DNA from: Candidatus Moanibacter sp.
GTDB lineage: Bacteria; Verrucomicrobiota; Verrucomicrobiia; Opitutales; UBA2987
Assembly: GCA_965215885.1 (NCBI GenBank)
Contig: CBDCEW010000091.1
Location: 1 to 64,000 of the forward strand
Direction: 5' to 3'
Length of the DNA stretch: 64,000 nt
This document shows, piece after piece, positions 1-9,385 of this stretch. The notes beneath the pieces are model-generated. The model ran no database searches. It was given only the letters and a program-made list of their open reading frames with translations, and was not told the DNA's origin. The translations under genes and the position numbers were made by a program. Each line of letters begins with the position of its first letter. Position 1 is the stretch's first letter.

Positions 1-238
1 CTATTGAGAAAGGCCTTGAGAGAGTAGATCAGTAACGGCTTTCCCCCTAGACTTAGAACGGCCTTGTCGGTCAATACGTTCCCCATACGGGTACTTCTTC
101 CGGCGGCCAGAAGTATTGCTGCGTTATTCATTACTCTGCGGATAGATAGCGTTCCCTCCGCTAAATACGTACAGGGCGGGGAGAAAGCGTATTTATTGGA
201 GTTTGACAGATTATTTGGAGAGGCAGAAGTCTTTTCCT

Positions 239-1138
239 ATGCCAGAAAGTAAACGTGTATTCAGCCCTGCCAAGGTGAACCTTTTTCTTGGTGTGACCGG
301 TAAACGGAGCGACGGTTTTCACGAGATCGTCTCGATTGTGTCGAAGGTGGGATTTGGTGACATGATGAGAATCAGTGTCGGTGGGAAACGTGAAAATGAT
401 CGACTGGTATGCAATATGAAGGCGCTCGATTGCGGGCCCGACAATCTTATTCGAAAAGCGGCGGATTCATTTCGCGAGGCGGCGCATTTGGATTTCGGTG
501 TGTGCGTAGAGTTGGATAAGGTCATTCCAGTAGGGGCGGGACTGGGAGGCGGAAGCAGTAATGCAGCGACCACATTGATCGCGCTCAATGACCTCTGTGG
601 CCACCCTTTGAATGAATCCGTGCTGCGAAAGGTCGCGACCACGCTCGGTTCAGATGTACCACTCTTCCTGAGAAAAGGACCGGTTATGATCAGAGGGCGG
701 GGTGAGGAAGTTACGGAGCTGCCTGTTTCGCTGACCGAGAGGATCGCGGGAAGGCGCATCCTGATATTCGCGCCGGAGTATACCATCAGCACGAAGTGGG
801 CCTATGCAAGGATGGCAGAGAGGCGCGAGAATTATGCGTCCGCAGACCTGGTGGAAGCGAAGTTGTCGGGTTGGAGTCGGAAGACGAGTACCTGGAAAGA
901 GATTCTCTACAATTCGTTTGAAGGGGTAATATTTCGAAAGTTTCCAGGTTTACCGACTTTGGTGAGAGAACTCGAACGGGAGTTTGATATTCCCTGTCTA
1001 TTGAGCGGCAGCGGCAGCGCCTGTTTTGCAATCTTGCGAAGCGATTCCCCAGTGGATTTGATATATCGGGGGATACAGGAGGGATGGGGAGATGAAGCGT
1101 TTATAGTTGAAGGCAGACTCGAAACTCCCTGTAATTAG
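239..1138 (+). CDS. ispE: 4-diphosphocytidyl-2-C-methyl-D-erythritol kinase
   Basis: SPAKVNLFL..GKRSDGFHEI, KVIPVGAGLGGGSSNAA, LGSDVP and LSGSGS GHMP-kinase motifs; ATG at 239 chosen as start. Confidence 0.95.
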   Translation: MPESKRVFSPAKVNLFLGVTGKRSDGFHEIVSIVSKVGFGDMMRISVGGKRENDRLVCNMKALDCGPDNLIRKAADSFREAAHLDFGVCVELDKVIPVGAGLGGGSSNAATTLIALNDLCGHPLNESVLRKVATTLGSDVPLFLRKGPVMIRGRGEEVTELPVSLTERIAGRRILIFAPEYTISTKWAYARMAERRENYASADLVEAKLSGWSRKTSTWKEILYNSFEGVIFRKFPGLPTLVRELEREFDIPCLLSGSGSACFAILRSDSPVDLIYRGIQEGWGDEAFIVEGRLETPCN

Positions 1139-1217
1139 TCCTATTCCCAGATTTCCTGTTTGGGATAATATGCCCATTTCCCGGCCAACTTTTGGCAGAA
1201 AGGTGCATTGATACGAC

Positions 1218-2978
1218 GTGCCTGAACAAGAAGAGATCACTTTACGCGGGCTTGCAGCTTCGCCGGGTGTAGCCCATGGCCCGATTTTCATGATACATCA
1301 GAAGGAGCTGGATGTTCCCAGGTACGTTGTCCCAAAGGAGAAGCGCGAAGATGAGGTTCCTCGATTTGAGCAGGCAATTCTCGAGACTCGACTGCAAATC
1401 AGCCAGACTCGATCGGAGGTTGCGGAGAAGGTGGGTGAGGAAGAGGCGCAGATATTCGACGCCCATCTACTTGTCCTGGACGATAAAGCGCTTCTCGATG
1501 AAACGGTTCATGAATTTGAGGAATCGGGTCTAAACATCGAACACTGCTTTCAATCGGTCGCTTCACGTTATATGGAGGCCTTCACTCTTATTGATGACGA
1601 ATACCTCAGGGAGAGAGTAGCGGATATACGTGATGTTACGCGGCGCCTGCAGGGGAATCTCCTCGGAAAGTCCCAGTACTCTATCGATGAAATGCTGGGA
1701 AAGAGAATCATCGTTTCAGAAGACCTGACGCCTTCTGAAACGGCCACTCTCGATGTAGCGAAAGTACTTGGAATAGCGACCGATGCAGGCGGGCCGACCA
1801 GTCACGTAGTTATCATGGCGCGGTCGATCGAGGTTCCCGCGGTTGTTGGCCTGCATAATATCAGCGACGTGGTGAATTCCGGGAATACTTTGCTGATCGA
1901 TGGTTATGGCGGGATTGTAATCGTAAACCCGACGGAGCAGAGCCTTCGACGCTATGGCAAGATCAAGCTCAAGCATCAGCATCAACACGATGTCTTTGAA
2001 GCAGGCGTTCACGAGCCGGCGACTACCCGAGACGGGCACGACCTTATCCTGCGCGCGAATATCGAGGGCTATGAGGACACTAATCGTTTGAAAGACTGCG
2101 GGGCGGACGGGGTTGGCCTCTTCCGGACCGAGGCCGTTTTTTTGAGAGTGGAAGGATTTCCCAGTGAAGAGGAACAGTTTGAAGTGTATCGCCACGTCGT
2201 TGAGGACTTGAGTCCTCAACCGGTGACAATACGCACTTTGGATTTAGGCGGAGATAAGGGACACCATGGCGAATACTTTCCCAAAGAAGACAACCCCTTT
2301 ATGGGCTTTAGAGGAATTCGCTTTTGCCTGGATCAGGTTGACGTATTCAAGAATCAGTTGCGGGCCATTTTGAGGGCCAGCGCCTACGGTAAAGTAAAAA
2401 TCATGTATCCTATGATAAGCGGAAAGCGAGAGATGGTGGAAGCAAGGCGCATATTTGAGGATGCGAAGGAAGACTTGATAGCGAAGGGTCAAGCGTTTGA
2501 TCCGGAAGTCGAACAGGGGAGTATGATAGAGGTGCCGAGCGCCGCTCTTACCGCCGATCTGCTGGCGAGGGAATGTGAATTTTTCAGCATCGGGACAAAT
2601 GACCTCGTGCAATACATTTTGGCGGTTGACCGGGTGAACGACCGGGTTGACCACCTTTATGATCCGAATCACCCTGCCGTGCTACGGACATTAAAAAATG
2701 TCATCGATGCAGCTCATCGAAACAGGATTCCCGTTGCGGTATGTGGAGAGATGGCCGGAGATCCGGTTTACACGGCGCTCCTGTTTGGACTCGGCGCCGA
2801 TGAGTTGAGCGCTACACCAGGCTATTTGCCCGAGATAAAATACCTAATCCGTAAGATGGAGCTTTCGGATGCAAAGAGGCTGGCGGATGAAGTGCTCCAG
2901 TTCAACGACTCAGAGGAGGTCTACCCCGTTTTGCGGAAGTATTACGCTGAGCACTTGGGAGCGGCGGTTATGAACTAG
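1218..2978 (+). CDS. ptsI: Phosphoenolpyruvate-protein phosphotransferase (PTS enzyme I)
   Basis: GGPTSH phospho-His motif, GVGLFRTE, RTLDLGGDK, NPFMGFRGIR, SIGTNDLVQY, VCGEMAG. Confidence 0.95.
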   Translation: MPEQEEITLRGLAASPGVAHGPIFMIHQKELDVPRYVVPKEKREDEVPRFEQAILETRLQISQTRSEVAEKVGEEEAQIFDAHLLVLDDKALLDETVHEFEESGLNIEHCFQSVASRYMEAFTLIDDEYLRERVADIRDVTRRLQGNLLGKSQYSIDEMLGKRIIVSEDLTPSETATLDVAKVLGIATDAGGPTSHVVIMARSIEVPAVVGLHNISDVVNSGNTLLIDGYGGIVIVNPTEQSLRRYGKIKLKHQHQHDVFEAGVHEPATTRDGHDLILRANIEGYEDTNRLKDCGADGVGLFRTEAVFLRVEGFPSEEEQFEVYRHVVEDLSPQPVTIRTLDLGGDKGHHGEYFPKEDNPFMGFRGIRFCLDQVDVFKNQLRAILRASAYGKVKIMYPMISGKREMVEARRIFEDAKEDLIAKGQAFDPEVEQGSMIEVPSAALTADLLARECEFFSIGTNDLVQYILAVDRVNDRVDHLYDPNHPAVLRTLKNVIDAAHRNRIPVAVCGEMAGDPVYTALLFGLGADELSATPGYLPEIKYLIRKMELSDAKRLADEVLQFNDSEEVYPVLRKYYAEHLGAAVMN

Positions 2979-3005
2979 GAATCTGTCGGACTTAGCATTC
3001 CTAAT

Positions 3006-4889
3006 TCACTGCTTTGGCGCAACCGTCTCGTTTAGCTCAACCCACCTTGAGATGCTCTTTATGGTCCAGGTCTCCTCGGTGTCGTCGATGACTGTAGTGA
3101 CGGTATTTCCTACTTTTTTCGAGATTAAACTCTGTCCCAGAGGAGTCTTGTAGGATAGGACATTTTCTTCCGGCTTGCTATCCCAAGCGCCCATGATATA
3201 ATAGGTAACGGTCTTTCCGGTGGATCCAACTTCCAATTCGACAGCGTTTCCTACGCCTATGGTGTCTGTTCGAGCATCCCCAAAATCTGTTACACGGGCC
3301 CGTTCCAATTCGTGTTCCAATTGGGATTTACGGGCAAGGAGGGCATCCTGCTCCTCCCGCGCCATTTTGAATTCGGAGTTTTCTCTCAAATCTCCGAGTT
3401 CACGGGCGGTCGCGATGGCTTTTTTATTTTCCGGTATTTTATTACGCACCAAATTCTCATATTCGCTCTTCCGCAGGTCGAGACTCTGCTGTGAGACAAT
3501 AAGCTGATCGCTCGTATCGACCTCGATGTCATCATCTCCGGAAACGAGACTCTGCACATTGGGAAACTGGCGGATGAAACGGGCGAGCAGGGACTTCTTG
3601 GTGAGGTCCTCGAAGCCCTGATTCAATATCAGGGTGGTGGCCAGGTCGCTCGCCGTCTCCGGGGTCGCTTCGGCTAACAATTCGGGGATGAGTTCCTCAT
3701 CGTCGCTGAGGAAGTCGGCGAGGGGGATACGACGGATGGCAACATTTTGCAGCGCTTCGTGATCGATGGCGTAAAAGATCGCTTTGAATAACCTCGGCGA
3801 GATGAGATCATTGAGCAACTTGGAATATTTGCGGGAATTTCTATACTTAACCACCCAATGCAGTAAAGGGCCCTTAATGATCTGCTCATCGAGCCAACGT
3901 CGTAGTGTCTCTTCGAGGAGGTCTCCGCGTTGAGTCTCAATAAGGAAATTTATGCATTCAGTAGTAAGCTTGCCGGAACTGTTTTTCAAAAGGTCGAAAG
4001 TGATCTTTTCCCAACGTTCCGGGTAGACCCTATGGAGCAGGTCGAGAAAACGCCGGTAGTATTTGCCTGGTATCTGTTCCGCAAGTTCCGACAAATTATG
4101 GACCTCCTCCAGGATCGAGGCGGAAGTAGGTAGTAGCTTCTCGACGTCCTCGTGAATGAAGCGTGCAAGATCGTTGCGAACCCATAGGCCATGGAGGCGC
4201 TCTCCCTGGTTGAGCAATCGGGTTTCTTTGAGCGCCGTGGTCAGCGTCTGAAGTATATCCGGTAATTGATCTTTGATCTCTTCATGGGAGAGAGAGAGTT
4301 CCAGCAGCTTTTCGGCCAGCGCAATTTGTTTCTTGGGTGCCTTAATATCGAAAAATTCCTCCAGGATTTCCTCTTCTGCCCTTACCGGTTCTTCTCGCAA
4401 TAAATAGGGTTCCGTCTTTTTGCTCGGGACCGCAACTCGGGGATCTTTGACGAGGAGCTTCTTTGTCGCGGACCACCACTTCTTGTATTTGGAGGGTCCC
4501 ATTATGCGGATGAGGTTGTTCTCAATTTCGGTGCTCGGGGCTGCCTGGCCCGCTAAGTGTGAGAGGAGTTCAACAATGAGGTCAGTGGGCCGCTTCTTTA
4601 TCATCTCTTCAACCACCTCAGGCTCGCGACGGTGGCGCGCCACAATATGCTCGTGGGAGAGTATCTCGAGTTTTCCAATACAAAATACCGGATCCATGGC
4701 ATGGCCGGTTTTGTCGTCTTCGAAATCAATGATCAGCTTGTTATCCTTGTCGGCATAGGATTTAATCTGCCCAAGGCCCCAACTGCGGTGAATGCAAAAA
4801 GCGCCCGGTTGCATGGATTCGAGTTTCGGCCGTGCCGATTTCAGTTGAGGGTTCTCCGTGATTAGGAGATCGATTGCTTCTTCGTTCAT
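3006..4889 (-). CDS. greA: Transcription elongation factor GreA with a long N-terminal extension
   Basis: C-terminal ARELGDLRENSEF and IMGAWDS...LSYKTPLGQSL GreA motifs; ~460-aa extension of the kind known from PVC and spirochaete GreA. Confidence 0.88.
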   Translation of the reverse strand: MNEEAIDLLITENPQLKSARPKLESMQPGAFCIHRSWGLGQIKSYADKDNKLIIDFEDDKTGHAMDPVFCIGKLEILSHEHIVARHRREPEVVEEMIKKRPTDLIVELLSHLAGQAAPSTEIENNLIRIMGPSKYKKWWSATKKLLVKDPRVAVPSKKTEPYLLREEPVRAEEEILEEFFDIKAPKKQIALAEKLLELSLSHEEIKDQLPDILQTLTTALKETRLLNQGERLHGLWVRNDLARFIHEDVEKLLPTSASILEEVHNLSELAEQIPGKYYRRFLDLLHRVYPERWEKITFDLLKNSSGKLTTECINFLIETQRGDLLEETLRRWLDEQIIKGPLLHWVVKYRNSRKYSKLLNDLISPRLFKAIFYAIDHEALQNVAIRRIPLADFLSDDEELIPELLAEATPETASDLATTLILNQGFEDLTKKSLLARFIRQFPNVQSLVSGDDDIEVDTSDQLIVSQQSLDLRKSEYENLVRNKIPENKKAIATARELGDLRENSEFKMAREEQDALLARKSQLEHELERARVTDFGDARTDTIGVGNAVELEVGSTGKTVTYYIMGAWDSKPEENVLSYKTPLGQSLISKKVGNTVTTVIDDTEETWTIKSISRWVELNETVAPKQ

Positions 4890-4953
4890 TGCTTCAGAAA
4901 ACCATTACACTGATCAAACTTGCCTCTCGGTCAACAAAATCCCATCGACAGAA

Positions 4954-6266
4954 ATGACGAGCCAATTTCGCAGTATATCCAACAGTTGGATTCTGGCGGT
5001 TCGGTTGTGTGAAACCTATATTAAGAGGCCACGTAAAACCGATGAGATACTCCAGGACCTGCCGGATTCGCTGCCGCCTAACGAGAGACGACGGTGTCAA
5101 TTTCTGTTTCTCGGGGTTATACGCAATTTATCCCTGATCGTTTGGACGATCGATTCGTTGGCAGGAAAGGAACCGAGACGTAAGCTGAAGTCAATACTAT
5201 TTGTTGCAGTAGGTGAAATGCTGGCAGCCGAGGAAGGGGATGTTCCCAAGGTCATCGATTACGCGGTGGAGAATGCAAAAAAGCTCCTGTCGGAGAAGGA
5301 AGCCGGCTTTATCAACGCGATAATGCGTCGTGTCGGACCTCTTTTGAAAGGGATAAAAGCTGAGGTCGATACGGCGCACGGAGACGGAAATGGAGTGGAA
5401 AAAGTGGAGTCTTTGGCCCTCTATTACAGCCATCCCGAATGGTTGGTGCGGCGCTGGATTAAGGATTACTCGGAGGAGTCGACAAAGATGCTGTTGAGGT
5501 GGAATCAAGAACCGCCGCCCGTCTACCTGCGCATTTTTAAAGGCGAGCGCGGAAGTTGCCTGGCGGAGGGATTGGAAGAGACGAATTGGAGGGACTTTTA
5601 TTCCTGTGAGGGAGCGGAATGGAAGGCCGTCCACACGATTCTGGAAGAGGTTACGTGATGGATGCGGCGGGGCGATTGCCCGTGCAGCTGCTCAATCCGA
5701 TAAGAGGTGAGAACGTGCTCGACCTTTGTGCTTCGCCGGGAGGAAAGAGTGTGTTGATCGCGGAGCACGTTCAAGGCTCTTCCAGCCTTCTTGTGAGTCT
5801 GGACCGGCCCGGGTCGAGGATGCCGCGATTACATAGGAATCTGGCGGGAATTAAGGATCTGCGGTTCCGGGTTGTTGAGAGTGATCTACTCGACGCGAAT
5901 CCGGAGACATTTGAAGCCCAGAGTTTGCCGGGCTTTTATGATGCCGTATTGATTGATGTCCCGTGTTCAAACACCGGAGTATTGCGCAGACGTCCAGATG
6001 CTAAATGGCGTCTGGTTCCGGGCCAAATTAGAGCCTGCGCGGACCTTCAGAGCAAGCTTCTCCATCGGGCGTCTGATTTTGTGAGAGCCGGGGGCCGGTT
6101 GGTCTACAGTACATGCAGTATTGAGCCGGAGGAGAATGAAGGCGTCGTCGAATCGTTTCTGAAGCGGAAGGCCGGGGACTTCAAGTTAATCGATTGCTCT
6201 CTCAGTAAGCCATGGGAAAGGGAACACGATGGCGGCGCAGCCTTCCTCTTATCCCGGAAATCTTAG
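4954..6266 (+). pseudogene. rsmB: RsmB/Sun-type rRNA m5C methyltransferase (NusB-like domain + MTase), frameshifted near 5650
   Basis: ORF 4858-5658 has GFINAIMR and YSHPEWLV; ORF 5619-6266 has VLDLCASPGGKS, DVPCSNTG.LRRRPD and LVYSTCS; one added base in 'gaagagg ttacgtg' joins the frames; may be a sequencing error. Confidence 0.85.
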
Positions 6267-6631
6267 ATTTCCGGGATAGGTGTAAAAATATCATAAAACT
6301 AGGGTTAAGGGGTTTGAGCGGTTAAAGTTGGCCGTCACCGTGGGCGATGATTTAGTTATGGAATTTTCGTTTAACATCTCCTCTCCGCCATTGATTCGTC
6401 CGGTTCCAGAGATTCTCAAAGCTGTGGAAAATGAGAAATTGACAGTATCGGAGGTTGGAAGTGGTTCCGGTAGAATGCAAAGTTCAAACCAGATCGAACT
6501 GTCACTTAAGGGGCAGAAACAACGAGAAGAGGGCAAAGCATTGACTGAATCCGGCAGCGATCCTGGATATTCTGATGGGGAGGCAGGTACCATCCTGAAT
6601 ACGGTGGCTTAAGTCGGATGAATGGAGAGGA

Positions 6632-6714
6632 TGCCCGAGGAGGGACTCGAACCCTCACGACCTTACGGTCAGCGGATTTTAAGTCCGCAGCGTCTACCAT
6701 TCCGCCACCCGGGC
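6632..6714 (-). tRNA. trnL: tRNA-Leu (anticodon TAA), CCA not encoded
   Basis: Reverse complement GCCCGGGTGGCGGAATGGTAGACGCTGCGGACTTAAAATCCGCTGACCGTAAGGTCGTGAGGGTTCGAGTCCCTCCTCGGGCA folds into a cloverleaf with a long variable arm and GGTTCGAGTCCC T-arm. Confidence 0.97.
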
Positions 6715-6720
6715 AAGATG

Positions 6721-6817
6721 TTAATCGCTTCGGGTTTAATTCCCCGAAGCTTGCTTCGTTTCTAATTCATAAAGTCTAATATCAAATGCCTCGGGGCTTG
6801 CCCCGAGGATCTTTACT
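6721..6817. mobile_element. Palindromic mini-element (IS200/IS605-derived PATE-like), copy 1
   Basis: 97 bp identical to 27070-27166; hairpins GCTTCGGG..CCCGAAGC and CCTCGGGG-CTTG-CCCCGAGG; ends in TTTAC. Confidence 0.8.
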
Positions 6818-7044
6818 TATCAATAAGTTCTGAAATATTTTCCGAATTCGTCAAATCTGGAAAATGTCCGAATATACCCAAAAATTACATAGCTCAAAGG
6901 GTTATAATTCTGACATTCCGTGGGATTAGCATACTAAGTCTGGAGAACAGCACGAGTCAATCCTGCCCTGCGGTGGAGAGGAATCGCTCCAGCCGTTCTG
7001 ATAGACTTGCACGATTACCCGTTTTCAGCGAAGCTTTGGAGGCG

Positions 7045-7173
7045 GGAAGCCATCATATATTTACAAAATCAGGCGTCAGAGATCGGAATAATCTTCAAGC
7101 GGATGGATCCAAGGCCAAAGGCTACCAGGTTCGGCAAGTCCGTAAGGTATTAACCGAGAATGAGTTCGAGTAA
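7045..7173 (+). pseudogene. hicA: HicA-like toxin remnant (5' truncated)
   Basis: GSHHIFTK...NLQADGSKAKGYQVRQVR matches the HicA C-terminal half, directly upstream of hicB; no HicA-like N-terminus. Confidence 0.7.
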
Positions 7174-7174
7174 G

Positions 7175-7390
7175 ATGAATGAATTCAGATACGAGGTGAT
7201 CGTTTATTGGGACGATCCAGACGGAATCTTTGTAGCGGAAGTTCCTGAGCTTCCCAGATGCATGGCGCATGGAAAAACCAAGGCAATTGCGCTTCAAAAC
7301 GCGGAGGAAGCCATCGCACTGTGGGTGCGGACAGCGCAGGAGGATGGACTGAAAGTTCCAGAGCCCAAAGGCAAGCTGATGTTCGCCTGA
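7175..7390 (+). CDS. hicB: HicB family antitoxin
   Basis: YEVIVYWDDPDGIFVAEVPELPRCMAHGKT..AL.NAEEAI..W......G..VPEPKG. Confidence 0.9.
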   Translation: MNEFRYEVIVYWDDPDGIFVAEVPELPRCMAHGKTKAIALQNAEEAIALWVRTAQEDGLKVPEPKGKLMFA

Positions 7391-7407
7391 TTATTCGAAG
7401 CGCAAGC

Positions 7408-7467
7408 GCACAAACAATCGCTCGTGGCAATCCGCCTTCGCCGGCCGCCACAGCTCGGACGTTAGCT
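7408..7467 (+). other. attC site 1 (degenerate R'' box)
   Basis: ACAAACAATCGCTCGTGGC...GCCACAGCTCGGACGTTAGCT: imperfect palindrome ending in a GTTRRRY-like core. Confidence 0.6.
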
Positions 7468-7500
7468 CATCTAAGAAAATTTATAATATTGGAAAGATCA

Positions 7501-8151
7501 ATGGAGCAACTCAGGGACAAGAAACCAGTAAAACAGATTATCAACGGTAAAATGGAAAGGGGTGAGGAAGTTCTCTGGCATGAGCAACCCATTCCAAAAT
7601 ATGCTCTGTGGAGCGGTTTTCCCGGTAAGACATGGTTTGCTCGATCATTATATATATTGTGTGCATTGATTGCTATACAACCATTTAGCTTATCTGGGTT
7701 TTATATAAGTAAGGTTGCTTTACAGACACTTTTCAACCCCAGCGGCATGACATCCTTTTTCGCTGGATTCTGTATGACAATACTTGGGTTGATACTAGCG
7801 ATAGGCCCATATCACTACGCAATACGGGCTAGGGTTAACAGCTGTCGAAACGCCAAGTACGCGCATTATGTTTTAACAAACCGCCGAGCGATGCTTCTCT
7901 ACATAAAGAAAGGTAAAATCGAAGAGGAACGAATCAAATCTTTGCATCATATTTCAAACCCCTGGATAAAGATGGTGAATTCAAAAGGTATTGGAGATGT
8001 GATCTATGATGCAGGAGGCGCGGTTCATAACGGTGGAGATGGCCCTGAATATTCTAGCCACTATGATATCGGGTTTGAAGGTGTCGCGAATGCTGAAGCA
8101 GTGCTAGAACTTTTGAATAGGTGCATAGCAACATCCAGAAAAAAGAGCTAA
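7501..8151 (+). CDS. Integron cassette: membrane protein of unknown function
   Basis: Low-GC ORF with two hydrophobic segments and a YVLTNRRA motif (bPH-like); its stop lies in the attC R'' box. Confidence 0.7.
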   Translation: MEQLRDKKPVKQIINGKMERGEEVLWHEQPIPKYALWSGFPGKTWFARSLYILCALIAIQPFSLSGFYISKVALQTLFNPSGMTSFFAGFCMTILGLILAIGPYHYAIRARVNSCRNAKYAHYVLTNRRAMLLYIKKGKIEEERIKSLHHISNPWIKMVNSKGIGDVIYDAGGAVHNGGDGPEYSSHYDIGFEGVANAEAVLELLNRCIATSRKKS

Positions 8152-8236
8152 CAAATCGTACCAGCGAATGCCGGTTGATGCCGTCCGTTCCAATATCGAC
8201 CACTTGGCCCGGCCTCGCTGCACTCAAACGTTAGCG
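8146..8236 (+). other. attC site 2
   Basis: GAGCTAAC (8145-8152) is the exact reverse complement of the cassette start GTTAGCTC (7461); ends CAAACGTTAGCG. Confidence 0.85.
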
Positions 8237-8240
8237 TAGA

Positions 8241-8482
8241 AAATTGCGCGGTTTTCTTAAGGGCATCGATACGACTGTCCAAAGGGAATCCTCTGATCGT
8301 GTATGAACATCGTGGATCCCGGGTTGGCTATTCAGGCAGCGGAATTCTCGGCAGACGAGAAAGCACCGATGGCAGACAGCATAATATATGTATTGGCGAA
8401 GACCCATGACGCTACTCTATGGACTCAGGACCAAGACCTGAAGGATCTGCCAAATGTCAAGTTCCAGGAAAAAAAACGCTAA
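8241..8482 (+). pseudogene. Decayed VapBC cassette: antitoxin C-terminus (8241-8306) plus internally deleted PIN toxin (8303-8482)
   Basis: KLRGFLKGIDTTVQRESSDRV* overlaps (ATGA) MNIVD-PGLAIQAAEFS..KAPMADSII...HDATLWTQD.DL..LPNVKF; the PIN N-terminus is fused straight to its C-terminus. Confidence 0.7.
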
Positions 8483-8536
8483 CCATTGCGTCGAGTTAAC
8501 GCGCTGAAGCGCGTACCTCATTCTTCAGCGTTCTGC
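8477..8536 (+). other. attC site 3
   Basis: ACGCTAAC (8476-8483) complements the cassette start GTTAGCGT (8230); central hairpin ACGCGC-TGAA-GCGCGT; ends GTTCTGC. Confidence 0.8.
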
Positions 8537-8547
8537 CAAGAAACAGG

Positions 8548-8578
8548 TTGACACCCGAAATTAAACCATTTTTATACC
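8548..8578 (+). promoter_or_regulatory. Possible cassette-internal sigma70 promoter for brnTA
   Basis: TTGACA at 8548 and an AT-rich TTTATA/TATACC -10 candidate just before ATG 8582; spacing and -10 are imperfect. Confidence 0.35.
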
Positions 8579-8581
8579 TAA

Positions 8582-8845
8582 ATGGAATTCGAGTATGACT
8601 TGGAAAAGTCTGAATCGAATCGCGAAAAACACGGCATAGACTTTGTCGAAGCCCAACATTTATGGAACGATCCGAAGCATATAATCGTCCCGGCGCGGTC
8701 AAGCACGGAGGATCGATACGCGCTCATCGGTGCCTACGGCGGCGGCGAATGGACGTGTATTTTCACGATGCGAGGTTCGAACTTGAGAATCATTTCGGTA
8801 CGGAGGGCAAGAGATGAAGAAAAAGAGGAATACTATCACCGCTGA
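8582..8845 (+). CDS. brnT: BrnT family toxin
   Basis: MEFEYD..KS.SN.EKHGIDF.EA..LW.D...EDRY..IG...RIISVRRAR.EE...Y. Confidence 0.92.
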   Translation: MEFEYDLEKSESNREKHGIDFVEAQHLWNDPKHIIVPARSSTEDRYALIGAYGGGEWTCIFTMRGSNLRIISVRRARDEEKEEYYHR

Positions 8846-9080
8846 GGAATTTGACAGACGATTTGATCGCGGCGAGGACATCAGCGAATATTTGGATTGG
8901 AGCAGAGCGAGACGCCCGAAGCTGGAGCAAAGGCGAGTAAACGTAGATCTTCCCACTTGGATGATCGACACGCTTGACCTGGAAGCGAAGCGAGTCGGCG
9001 TTACCCGTCAGTCCATTATGAAAATGTGGCTGTCCGACCGGATAAAGGCAGAACAAGGCGTGGCAGAGAATGTCGGCTAG
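8814..9080 (+). CDS. brnA: BrnA/CopG-like antitoxin
   Basis: AEEFDRRFDRGEDISEYLDWS...RVNVDLPTWMI..LD.EA.R.GVTRQSI.K.WL; overlaps brnT. Confidence 0.88.
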   Translation: MKKKRNTITAEEFDRRFDRGEDISEYLDWSRARRPKLEQRRVNVDLPTWMIDTLDLEAKRVGVTRQSIMKMWLSDRIKAEQGVAENVG

Positions 9081-9111
9081 CGCCTCCATCTCTGCACTTT
9101 GGACGTTGGGC
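9048..9111 (+). other. attC site 4
   Basis: GGCAGAAC (9047-9054) complements the cassette start GTTCTGCC (8530); ends GGACGTTGGGC. Confidence 0.8.
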
Positions 9112-9155
9112 CGGGGGAATGGATGATGGAATAAGATGGATGCCTGAAATGCACC

Positions 9156-9299
9156 ATGAGCGGATTCAACCCAAAGGCTTACGAAGTTGAGTTTGTTACG
9201 TTTTCCGGAAAGACGGCGGCTTTGGTGACACTCGACCCTGAACAGGTGCGGGCGGTTGCCTCCAATGAGATTGCCCACGCCCGGGAATTGGCAACCTAA
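9156..9299 (+). pseudogene. DUF4926-like protein, C-terminal half only (cassette remnant)
   Basis: KAYEVEFVTFSGKTAALVTLDPEQVRAV...EIAHAREL* resembles DUF4926; followed by an attC-like left arm GGCCGAAC (9306). Confidence 0.6.
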
Positions 9300-9305
9300 A
9301 GGGAA

Positions 9306-9385
9306 GGCCGAACCAGGCGTACGAGGCAATGCTGGTGCCGCCAGTTGCAAAAGACCTCGCTCGGCCCGGCATGCCTCCACTCTTC
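9306..9385 (+). other. Degenerate attC site 5 (R' core missing)
   Basis: GGCCGAAC is a 7/8 match to the complement of GTTGGGCC (9105); GAGGCAATGC...GCATGCCTC arms; no terminal GTT. Confidence 0.45.

Noticed and set aside
3006..4889. 627-aa GreA as a novel fusion
   Set aside because: N-terminally extended GreA is already known in PVC bacteria and spirochaetes.
6291..6631. tRNA-anchored prophage or ICE with an att duplication
   Set aside because: No second copy of the tRNA 3' end, no integrase and no phage genes in the window; the short ORFs here have no recognisable motifs.
7258..7500. N-terminal extension of the 297-aa ORF
   Set aside because: It crosses hicB and an attC site; the cassette gene more plausibly starts at ATG 7501.
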